DNA of 64,000 nt from a virus. Numbering within the stretch: the stretch's first letter is position 1; every line of letters starts with the position of its first letter. Location: positions 11,938 to 75,937 of the IMG/VR virus record IMGVR_UViG_3300034524_000011, one strand, 5' to 3'. The position numbers and the translations under genes are program-made. This document shows, one piece after another, positions 56,175 to 64,000 of the stretch. Under the pieces are notes generated by a model that was not told the origin of the DNA, searched no databases, and was given only the letters and a program-made list of their open reading frames with translations.

Positions 56175-56617
56175 TGGCAGAGAGAAGCTACACCTATGAC
56201 CCAACGAAGATCAAGGAAAAAGGCAAAGACAGGATGCGTTTTGAGCTTGGCGACACCATGGTAGAGGGAGGAGCCGAAACGGCAGCACTTTCCGACGAGG
56301 AAATCAATGCTGTTTTGGAGATGTACCCGAACAAATGGAAAAAAGCCAAGCTGGCGCTCGTTGAAAGCATATGCCGGCGATTTTCCTATGAGGTAGACAC
56401 CGACGTCGGACCTCTTTCCCTGGGCCTACAGGCCCGCGTAGAAGTATGGCGAGAGATGTACAAGGAGCTAAAGGCCGAATTAAATTATTCCGTGCCGAGC
56501 GCAAATCCGGCCGCGATAAGCGGCGACGCATACTTTTACAAAGGAATGATGGATAACCCGGCAGCAGGACGAAAGGAAGGTGGGGGATATGTACCTCAGG
56601 CCAGGGAACCTGTATAA
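56174..56617 (+). CDS. Head-tail connector protein
   Basis: DRMRFELGDT...LSDEEI. Confidence 0.75.
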   Translation: MAERSYTYDPTKIKEKGKDRMRFELGDTMVEGGAETAALSDEEINAVLEMYPNKWKKAKLALVESICRRFSYEVDTDVGPLSLGLQARVEVWREMYKELKAELNYSVPSANPAAISGDAYFYKGMMDNPAAGRKEGGGYVPQAREPV

Positions 56618-56936
56618 AGACTTTACCGTAGAGAAAAAAGACAGAACCGTGAGCTCACGCGGGAGAGCAAAGAGCGGATACAGCGACGATGGAGTGACAA
56701 TAAGAGGCATCCTGGCCGAGGCTAAACCCCAGGAAAAGGAGCGATGGCGGCAGCTCCAGCATCCCATAAGTCACACGATAGTCCAAAGAGGAAAGCCCAA
56801 GGCGGATCCGGAAGACCGCCTGATTTTTGGAGACAGAATATTCTTCGTCCAGGGAGTAGATGAACCGGGCGCCTTGGGACTTTGGACCATTTACTACGTG
56901 GAGGAACGCTTCGATGGCTATGAATATCAAGATTAA
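56589..56936 (+). CDS. Head-tail adaptor (copy 2)
   Basis: Homolog of 128-475. Confidence 0.72.
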   Translation: MYLRPGNLYKDFTVEKKDRTVSSRGRAKSGYSDDGVTIRGILAEAKPQEKERWRQLQHPISHTIVQRGKPKADPEDRLIFGDRIFFVQGVDEPGALGLWTIYYVEERFDGYEYQD

Positions 56937-57405
56937 ACCGGAGATAGACAAAATAGTGGACCAGATAAACCACGAAGCTAAATCCAGAGCTTTCAGGGCC
57001 GCCAATGAGCTCCGAAATGCAGCGCTCAATGTCCTGCGTGGCCAAAGGTCCGGCCGCGTTTATAAAAGGCCTTTTTCAAGCAGCAAATATACAGCTTCAG
57101 CGCCAGGGGAACCACCTGCAGCAAGGACCGGAAACCTGTGCTTGAGCTGGAAACCAAGGACAGGATCCGAAATAGCAGGCAGCAGCCTGACGGTAAGGCC
57201 TGCAATTGTCACGGACGTGAAATATGCACCAATCCTCGAAAAGGGATACGACGGCGAGGTCCAAAAGACCATGAAGCTGAAAAAAGGTGGTACCAAAACG
57301 ATAAACTACCACCTGACTATTGAACCGCGTCCATTCGAGGAACCGATAATCGAGGCTGCAAAGCCGAAGATTAAGCAAATCTACAGCGAGCCATATCTCA
57401 AATAA
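56914..57405 (+). CDS. HK97 gp10-like protein (copy 2)
   Basis: Homolog of 453-944. Confidence 0.75.
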   Translation: MAMNIKIKPEIDKIVDQINHEAKSRAFRAANELRNAALNVLRGQRSGRVYKRPFSSSKYTASAPGEPPAARTGNLCLSWKPRTGSEIAGSSLTVRPAIVTDVKYAPILEKGYDGEVQKTMKLKKGGTKTINYHLTIEPRPFEEPIIEAAKPKIKQIYSEPYLK

Positions 57406-57425
57406 TTCAGGGAAGGAGGGAAGCC

Positions 57426-57704
57426 ATGCCGTTAATTAAAGACACCGTCAACAAAGTGTTTGATAAAGCCAGCGTGCATAAAGGAGATTTAATCAGGGCG
57501 AAACATGAGACATGGGATGAACCCAGGAATGGGATTGTAACAGCGGTGAGCGATGAAAAGCTGACCGTTTTATTTTTGCCAGGCCTGGGGAACGTCACAA
57601 ACTACTTCACAATATTTGCTTCAGAGGTATCTGCCGGCAAATGGGCGGTCAAATGGACCACCGACATGGAGACCATCAATTCTGAAGGCACGGCAGGCGA
57701 ATGA
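57426..57704 (+). CDS. Hypothetical protein (copy 2)
   Basis: Homolog of 965-1249. Confidence 0.7.
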   Translation: MPLIKDTVNKVFDKASVHKGDLIRAKHETWDEPRNGIVTAVSDEKLTVLFLPGLGNVTNYFTIFASEVSAGKWAVKWTTDMETINSEGTAGE

Positions 57705-58597
57705 CAATGACGCTGGAGGATTTGATTTATAACCGACTTGTAACCAGCAAGGACCTAACGGACAAGCTGGCCAAGTTCAACAAACTGCCGGCAATTTTCT
57801 ACCAGGCAGCTCCCGGAGATCAGGAGGAAGGCTGGAAAGGCAAAAAGCAGTATCCGCGGATTGATTTCGTGGTGGATATGCAGGCCAACCCAGAAAGGCA
57901 GAGCTCCGGATTAATGACGCTCAACATATGGTGCGACGAGGCCGGAACTCCTCCGGAAGAAATAGAGCCGGAAGTGCGCGCTGCTCTATGCGATGTATTT
58001 ATGCAGCCGGCCGAACAGCCTCCGTATTGCCTGGCCTGGGTAAGATCAGACAGCTTCGAATTAAGCGCCAACACGATAGAAGGATCCCATGTAAACGGCA
58101 TCACCATTCTTTTTGACGTGCTGGCTTTTCCCTGCCAAGAAACCACAGACCCGGATCCCATCATGGCCATGAATGAGTTTGTCAAGGAATGGGAACCAGC
58201 CGCTGTATTGATAGGCCGTGACAAGATCCAGGATTACTTCACAGCAGGTAAAGACAAGCCTGCTTTTTATTTCAGGCTTGCGATTTTGGAACTTGCCCAG
58301 GAGACAAATACAGTGGCCTGGATGAACGGAAGCATAGCTGGCCATATATTCGCTCCAACTGCGGAAGCAAGGCTACAATGGCTTAAATACCTCGTAGACA
58401 CGCTGGCAAGCCAGGGAGAGGTTACAATGTTGGACACATCTCCCATGTTCATACGGAGCATAAGAGCCGACAGCGCGGCCAATTACCTCATTACAGGCCA
58501 GCTCCAAATCAATGTGCGGTTTGGTATACTTCGCAGGCCAAAATATGCGCATGTACTGGCGAAGACGAATATCGCAGGAACAGATTATGAAGAATAG
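57701..58597 (+). CDS. Tail completion-like protein (copy 2, lacks a 27-aa segment)
   Basis: Homolog of 1246-2217. Confidence 0.62.
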   Translation: MTMTLEDLIYNRLVTSKDLTDKLAKFNKLPAIFYQAAPGDQEEGWKGKKQYPRIDFVVDMQANPERQSSGLMTLNIWCDEAGTPPEEIEPEVRAALCDVFMQPAEQPPYCLAWVRSDSFELSANTIEGSHVNGITILFDVLAFPCQETTDPDPIMAMNEFVKEWEPAAVLIGRDKIQDYFTAGKDKPAFYFRLAILELAQETNTVAWMNGSIAGHIFAPTAEARLQWLKYLVDTLASQGEVTMLDTSPMFIRSIRADSAANYLITGQLQINVRFGILRRPKYAHVLAKTNIAGTDYEE

Positions 58598-58608
58598 GAG
58601 GTTATTCT

Positions 58609-58836
58609 ATGGCTGAAAAAACCGAGAACACCAAGAAGACCAGCTCTGTGGAGCCGACAACCCCGGAGCCCGAATACACAGCCGAAGAGCTCGCTGCAGC
58701 ATCAGAAAAGGTATTCGGTAAAAAGGTCATGCCTGAATGCGTAATGGCTGCCTTCCGCGTGGCAGGCGTCGAAAAAGCCACAAAAACACAGGCAGCAAAA
58801 ATAGTAAAAGATTTCATGACGAAGGAGGTCAAGTAA
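58609..58836 (+). CDS. YqzN/YkzM-like protein (copy 2)
   Basis: Homolog of 2229-2456. Confidence 0.6.
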   Translation: MAEKTENTKKTSSVEPTTPEPEYTAEELAAASEKVFGKKVMPECVMAAFRVAGVEKATKTQAAKIVKDFMTKEVK

Positions 58837-58837
58837 C

Positions 58838-60250
58838 ATGGCAGGAGTTTTCACGATAGGTGAAAAGAAAGTCCGCCCTGGAGTCTATACCAGATATGAG
58901 AATGCCGGCGGAGTAACACCGGCAGGAGCCGTAAACGGTATAGGCGCAGTAGTTATAAGGGCAAACTGGGGACCGCTCAACAAGCTCGTAGAACTTGACA
59001 GCCCCAGTGCGGCAACTTCCACCTTTGGAACAGAGCTCACCGTGGACGCAATCACAGAGATGTTCAACGGAGGCTGCAGCAAAGTAAAAGCAGTAAGAGC
59101 AGGATCCGGAGGAACCGCCGCAACAATAACCCTCAAAGACGGCGCTTCAACTGACGTGGTAAAAATCACCGCGAAATACGTCGGTAACCGTCCGTTCAAT
59201 GTAACCATTAGGGACAGTTTGCTGAACGACGATAAGCGCGAATGCATCATCTATTCAGGGACCACAGAGTTTGAAAAGGTGGAATTTGCAAAGGGAGCAA
59301 CCGGAGCAGGAGAGCCAGCAGATCTCGTGGCGGCATTCGCCAACAGCAAGAACTTCACAGCAGAAAAACTCGCCGACGGAAACAAGGTGCTGGCAACAGT
59401 GGCCCAGGCAGCCATGACAGCCGGAACCAACCCGACTGTAACCACCACCGAATACAGTGCAGCGCTTAATATTCTGGAAGCAGGCAAGTGGAACGTGCTG
59501 TGCGTAGACACATCTGACACGGCAGTTCATGCACTGGTACAGTCCTTCATCCAGAGGATCTACCTCGCCGGAGCCACACCGATGGCCTGCGTAGCAGAGA
59601 CAAAGGATGTGGACCTTGATACCAGGATGAACCATGCTGCAGCATTCAACGATGAGAAAATGGTCTACGTCTTGAACTCGGCATACGACGCCAGCGGAAA
59701 CCTTTATGACGGATACAAGCTGGCAGCCAGGATCGGTGGCATGATAGCAGCCGTAGCTTCCAACACCAGCCTGACCCACACCGTGGTAAACGGATTTGTT
59801 TCTCTCGCAGAGGCGCTGACAAATAGCCAGATTGAAAAGGCGCTGCAGAAAGGCTGCATCGTTCTCACAGTGAACGCAAGCGACCAGATCTGGATCGAGA
59901 GCGCCATCAATACCCTGGTAACACCAAGCGGCAACCAGGATGAAGGCTGGAAGAAAATCCGCAGGACCAAGACCAGGTTTGAGCTCATCGAAAGGATAGT
60001 AGCAACCACCGATCCACTGATCGGCAAGATAAACAACGACAGTGACGGAAGAGCGACATTCATAGCTGCGGCCCAGGGCGTAGTAAACGCCATGATCGGC
60101 GAGAAGAAACTCCTGGACGGTACCGTTTATGAGGATCCACTCAATCCGCCTGCGGGAGACAGCGCATGGTTTGTAATTGCTGTTGATGATATCGACAGTA
60201 TAGAAAAGGCATATCTGACCTTCAAGTTCAGATTTTCGCCTGAATCTTAA
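58838..60250 (+). CDS. Tail sheath protein (copy 2)
   Basis: Homolog of 2458-3870. Confidence 0.93.
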   Translation: MAGVFTIGEKKVRPGVYTRYENAGGVTPAGAVNGIGAVVIRANWGPLNKLVELDSPSAATSTFGTELTVDAITEMFNGGCSKVKAVRAGSGGTAATITLKDGASTDVVKITAKYVGNRPFNVTIRDSLLNDDKRECIIYSGTTEFEKVEFAKGATGAGEPADLVAAFANSKNFTAEKLADGNKVLATVAQAAMTAGTNPTVTTTEYSAALNILEAGKWNVLCVDTSDTAVHALVQSFIQRIYLAGATPMACVAETKDVDLDTRMNHAAAFNDEKMVYVLNSAYDASGNLYDGYKLAARIGGMIAAVASNTSLTHTVVNGFVSLAEALTNSQIEKALQKGCIVLTVNASDQIWIESAINTLVTPSGNQDEGWKKIRRTKTRFELIERIVATTDPLIGKINNDSDGRATFIAAAQGVVNAMIGEKKLLDGTVYEDPLNPPAGDSAWFVIAVDDIDSIEKAYLTFKFRFSPES

Positions 60251-60266
60251 GGAAGGAGGATAAGGC

Positions 60267-60722
60267 ATGTTAAATAACAGAGCACCGATTGATGCCAGGA
60301 AAGTATTGACCGGGAAAGACGGCGCGCTTTACAACGACGAGGGCGTCATGCTGGCCACCGTTGAAACATTCCAGACCCAGGTCAATGTGACAAATGCTAA
60401 ATATCAGCCGCTGGGAGACGCACAAGAGCATGAAGTGTTCCAGGCCTATGGCGTGACCCTAACCTTCACAGAAGTGGTAATCGCAGACGAGCGCTTCATC
60501 CAGGAGCTGTTCGAAGGAATGAAGACCGGAGTAATGCCGGCTTGGAATTTCCAAGGCGTGGTAAAGGGACGCAACGGGAGCGAACAGCGCATGATTTACA
60601 GACAGTGCGTACCAAGCGGCACTATAGATCTGCAGAACCTTTCCGTGGGAGATACCATCAAGAGAGCCTGGAGCCTCTTTGTCAATGATCCTCCGGAATT
60701 GCAAAGCTTGTTAACCGCCTAA
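60267..60722 (+). CDS. Tail tube protein (copy 2)
   Basis: Protein identical to 3887-4342. Confidence 0.88.
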   Translation: MLNNRAPIDARKVLTGKDGALYNDEGVMLATVETFQTQVNVTNAKYQPLGDAQEHEVFQAYGVTLTFTEVVIADERFIQELFEGMKTGVMPAWNFQGVVKGRNGSEQRMIYRQCVPSGTIDLQNLSVGDTIKRAWSLFVNDPPELQSLLTA

Positions 60723-60829
60723 TACGCAACCTAATACGCAATGGAAGCGTGCAGGCATATAACCAAATATTTATGGCCGTCCTGCACACCAGGGCGGCCA
60801 ATTTTTTAATTTAAGGAGGTTATGAAATC

Positions 60830-61345
60830 ATGGCAAACGATAAAATCGAAAAAGCCAGAATTGAAGAAATTGAGCTTACTGAAGAGGAGAACAAGGGCCA
60901 GTTAAGAGCATACGAGGACGATATCCTCAAAGGTTTGCTGGCGGCTGCAAACTTTAAGACTGAGGAAGACAACATTCAAACAATCGAGATAGCCAGAAAC
61001 GGCGTGGTTCTCTTTAAATTCCGCATTCGTCCTTTGACCGAGGAAGAATACCAGGCCTGCAAAGAGAAATACACCAAATACGTCAGGAACAAACAGCTCG
61101 GCATTAAATTCCCTGAATATACCGACACCGTAAGATACAGAAGCGCTCTGATATACCAGGCAACCATAGAAGAGGACAGGGCAAAGATCTGGGATAACAA
61201 GAGTGCATGGAAGGCTTTAAATGTGCTCAATGGTGTGGACCTTATCGACAAGACATTGCTCGCAGGAGAAAAGGACGCCGTGCTTGAGCTTATCGACAAA
61301 ATCAGCGGTTATTCAGTTACAGCAGAGGAAACGGCAAAAAACTAA
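60830..61345 (+). CDS. Tail assembly chaperone (copy 2); slippery site 61336-61342, -1 extension to 61506
   Basis: Homolog of 4450-4965 with 4 aa differences. Confidence 0.88.
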   Translation: MANDKIEKARIEEIELTEEENKGQLRAYEDDILKGLLAAANFKTEEDNIQTIEIARNGVVLFKFRIRPLTEEEYQACKEKYTKYVRNKQLGIKFPEYTDTVRYRSALIYQATIEEDRAKIWDNKSAWKALNVLNGVDLIDKTLLAGEKDAVLELIDKISGYSVTAEETAKN

Positions 61346-61509
61346 TAAAGGCCGGAGGAATGGCCACTCTGCTTCATCACATATTCCAGCGGATGGGCAT
61401 TCCTCCGGACGAGGTTATGGCCAAACCGCCAGGAGTGAGAGCTTTCATGTTAGCCTCTATGCGCGTGCAGCTTGAGGAAGAAAATAACGAAAGAGAGGAG
61501 GATTGATGG

Positions 61510-64000
61510 ATGGCAGCCGAAACATTTCGCATTGAGATACCTATCCATGTCGAGGATAAAACAGATCCCGGCATTTCCCAGGCGACGCAGAAGATAAATG
61601 GCTTTGACAAGGCCAACCAGAAAACGCAGGAACGGCTGAATCAAATGAACCGGACAAAATACCAGGTCGTCCTCGATGCACTGGATAGGGCGTCGAGCGT
61701 TGTCGGAAAGGTTTCATCAAAAGCACGCAGCATAGCGGGGAAGACATTCAGCTTTACGATGAAAGTAATTGACCTGGCCACGGCACCATTAAGAGGACTG
61801 TGGAATTTTGTAACATCTATCCAAGGTGCTATCCTTGGAGCAACTGGTGCGTTTGCAGGAATTTATAAACCGATGGAGATCGCCGGAGACTTTGAACAGA
61901 CGCAGATCGCATTCGAAACCATGCTAAAAAGCGCCGAAAAAGCGGAGAAATTCCTAAAAGAAGCGTCGCAATTTGCCAACAAAACACCGTTTGAGTTTCC
62001 GGAGCTAATTAACAGTAGTAAACTGATGCTGGCATTCGGATTTGAGGCAGATAAGGTACTCGACATATTGAAAGTTATCGGCGATACGGCCAGCGGCCTG
62101 GGAGCTGGTTCTGAAGGAATAGACCGTATAACGAGAGCACTCGGCCAGATGAGAGCGAAAGGACGAGCACAGGCAGAGGAACTCCTGCAGCTTCAGGAGC
62201 TTGGTGTACCAGTCAACCAAATACTGCAGGAAGAGCTCGGCCTAACCGGAGAACAGATCGCAAACATCGGTAAAGAGAGTATAGAAGCGGCAAAGGTTAT
62301 AGATGCGTTATTACGAGGCATGGATAAACGTTTCGGAGGCATGATGGCCAACCAATCCAGGACCGCCAAGGGTATGATATCAACCCTTAAAGACACTCTT
62401 CAAAACTCACTTTTGAGGCCCTGGGGACAAGGCCTGTGGGAAGGTATAAAGCCAGGACTTGAAAAGCTCACCAACTGGATAGACGAGAACCAGGACATCA
62501 TCACACAGTGGGGAGAAGCCTGGAAGAAAGCCGGAGCAAATATTTCCAAGTGGGTAATGGCCAGAGTGGACAACTTAAGAAACAGCATACAGCGCATGGT
62601 TAACTCCCAGGAATGGAAGGACGCGAAAAACTTCGGTGAAAAGCTGAAGATAGCCTGGGACAAGATCATAGCGCAGCCGTTCAACGAATGGTGGAATTCA
62701 ACCGGCAAGGCCTGGCTTGCAGACAAAGCCAGCAAAATCGGTGAAGGAATAGGAACTGCGCTCTCTGCAGGACTGCTGGCCATACTCGGAATAGACGCAA
62801 AAGGCGCCGTAGAGGACGGAACCAGCATAGGAGCTTCATTCGCTGAAGGCTTCCAAAAAGGATTTGACGGCAAGAAGGTAGGTGAGGCACTCCTAAATGC
62901 CATAAAGGGCGTATTCAAAGACGCAGGAACGCTGCTCCCAGGAGGAGAGGAACCAACCAGTACATCCTGGCTGTCGGCCGGAGCAATAGCACTGGCGCTT
63001 CAAAAACTCGGAATTTTCAAGCTGATCGGCAAAGGCGGCAAGGGATTAATTAACCTCTTTGGCAAAGGCAGCAAGAGTGGAACACCCGACACCACGGGAA
63101 TACCATCGGCTTATTCAGCAGACACCATGTATGTTACAGCCTCGATAGTTTATGTTTACGGAAAAACAATTCAGGGACCAGGAGGAGGATCCCCGACAGG
63201 AGGTTCACCATTAGGAGGTTATCCTTCCCTACCAACAGTAACCAAGCCCCCAGCATTACCACCGGCCGGAGGAACACCGTTAGCACTTCCAGGAGCCGCA
63301 GGAGCTGCAGGTAAGGCATTAAACACTGTGCAGTTGGCCAACGGAACATATGTGGTCACAGGCGGAGCATTGGCAACCGGCCTGGCCAAGACCGGCGTAG
63401 CACTCGGCAGCGGAGCAACAACTGCCGGCGGAGCCATAGCAGCCGGAGCTTCAAGTGTTCTGGGCGGCGCGCTCGGTATTGCCGGACTTGGAGCCGGAGC
63501 GATAGACATATACCAGGGCACCAAGAAGACCGGGAAAGAAGCCAAGGACGAATACTGGAAGGGCGGTACCAAGATAGGCATGGTAGGCGCAGGAGCTGCA
63601 ATAGGCTCGGTGGTACCGGTAATAGGAACAGGCGTAGGAGCTCTTGTAGGAGCCGGAATCGGCGGCGTCGCCGCACTCTTCACCGGAGATAAAGCAGGAA
63701 AAGCCCTATCAGACGCAACAGACAAAGACGGAGCTTTATCAAAGTTCTGGGAAAACACCAAGCAGTGGGCAAGTAACACATGGGACTCCATCAAGACTGG
63801 AGCTTCAAACGCCGGATCCTGGGTGGCCGAGAAGTGGAACGCGGCCGGAGACTGGATCAGCAACAAATGGAGTAGCTTCAGCGACTGGTTCGACACTTCG
63901 GTATGGACCCCGGTAAAAGACGTCGGAATATCGGCCATTAACATAGCAGCCGGCGCATGGAGTGAAGTCAGAGACTGGGTAGGAGAGAAATGGATCGATT
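61510..64000 (+). CDS. Tape measure protein (copy 2, partial; runs off the window)
   Basis: ATG GCA GCC GAA ACA TTT at 61510; homolog of 5134-8724; only in-frame indels noticed. Confidence 0.9.
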   Translation, partial: MAAETFRIEIPIHVEDKTDPGISQATQKINGFDKANQKTQERLNQMNRTKYQVVLDALDRASSVVGKVSSKARSIAGKTFSFTMKVIDLATAPLRGLWNFVTSIQGAILGATGAFAGIYKPMEIAGDFEQTQIAFETMLKSAEKAEKFLKEASQFANKTPFEFPELINSSKLMLAFGFEADKVLDILKVIGDTASGLGAGSEGIDRITRALGQMRAKGRAQAEELLQLQELGVPVNQILQEELGLTGEQIANIGKESIEAAKVIDALLRGMDKRFGGMMANQSRTAKGMISTLKDTLQNSLLRPWGQGLWEGIKPGLEKLTNWIDENQDIITQWGEAWKKAGANISKWVMARVDNLRNSIQRMVNSQEWKDAKNFGEKLKIAWDKIIAQPFNEWWNSTGKAWLADKASKIGEGIGTALSAGLLAILGIDAKGAVEDGTSIGASFAEGFQKGFDGKKVGEALLNAIKGVFKDAGTLLPGGEEPTSTSWLSAGAIALALQKLGIFKLIGKGGKGLINLFGKGSKSGTPDTTGIPSAYSADTMYVTASIVYVYGKTIQGPGGGSPTGGSPLGGYPSLPTVTKPPALPPAGGTPLALPGAAGAAGKALNTVQLANGTYVVTGGALATGLAKTGVALGSGATTAGGAIAAGASSVLGGALGIAGLGAGAIDIYQGTKKTGKEAKDEYWKGGTKIGMVGAGAAIGSVVPVIGTGVGALVGAGIGGVAALFTGDKAGKALSDATDKDGALSKFWENTKQWASNTWDSIKTGASNAGSWVAEKWNAAGDWISNKWSSFSDWFDTSVWTPVKDVGISAINIAAGAWSEVRDWVGEKWID

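Larger units (their letters stand above)
23500..64000 (+). mobile_element. Prophage B (integrase through tape measure); continues beyond the window
   Basis: Canonical order int - cI/cro - recombination - replication - late regulator - terminase - portal - head - tail. Confidence 0.92.
56465..64000 (+). repeat. Copy 2 of the neck/tail module repeat
   Basis: gagctaaaggccgaatta at 56465 matches position 1; window end matches 7633. Confidence 0.97.

Noticed and set aside
59255-60268. Long minus-strand ORFs (e.g. 337 aa here, 262 aa at 7131, 242 aa at 34140)
   Set aside because: Antisense shadows of well-supported + strand genes; no RBS or motifs; not kept intact between the two copies.
56465-64000. 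Repeat as a simple circular-contig overlap or very recent duplication
   Set aside because: Copies differ by many synonymous substitutions and in-frame indels; a two-strain chimeric assembly is still not excluded.
1-64000. Additional DGR target (second VR) within the window
   Set aside because: No other TR-like segment noticed by eye; a BLASTN of the TR against the genome is needed to exclude remote targets.

Overview
The whole window is temperate-phage DNA from a Clostridia-like Firmicutes host: a contractile-tailed, PBSX/Xkd-like myovirus with a unit length of about 56.4 kb. It reads as two related but diverged prophages in tandem. Prophage A (1-~23517) contributes its right arm: neck and tail genes, baseplate, a complete diversity-generating retroelement (target gene with VR, hairpin, avd, TR, RT), the lysis cassette, and an accessory operon with an ADP-ribosylglycohydrolase. 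An attP-like junction at 23500-23517 reads as the last codons of guaA (TIEWE*) and is flanked by arm-type repeats. Prophage B (~23500->64000) runs from integrase and immunity through recombination, replication, methylase, terminase, portal and head genes to a second tail module that repeats 1-7633 with mostly synonymous changes. Four observations are least explained by standard annotation. (i) The MuF minor head protein is 1139 aa and carries kinase-like, HeH-like and ART-like domains plus a coupled small gene. (ii) A gene in the repressor operon carries a separate copy of the MuF Cys/His motif. (iii) The replication-origin repeat architecture recurs in full between terL and portal. (iv) The baseplate hub gene apparently starts at ACG. 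All family calls come from reading motifs by eye; no database searches were run.
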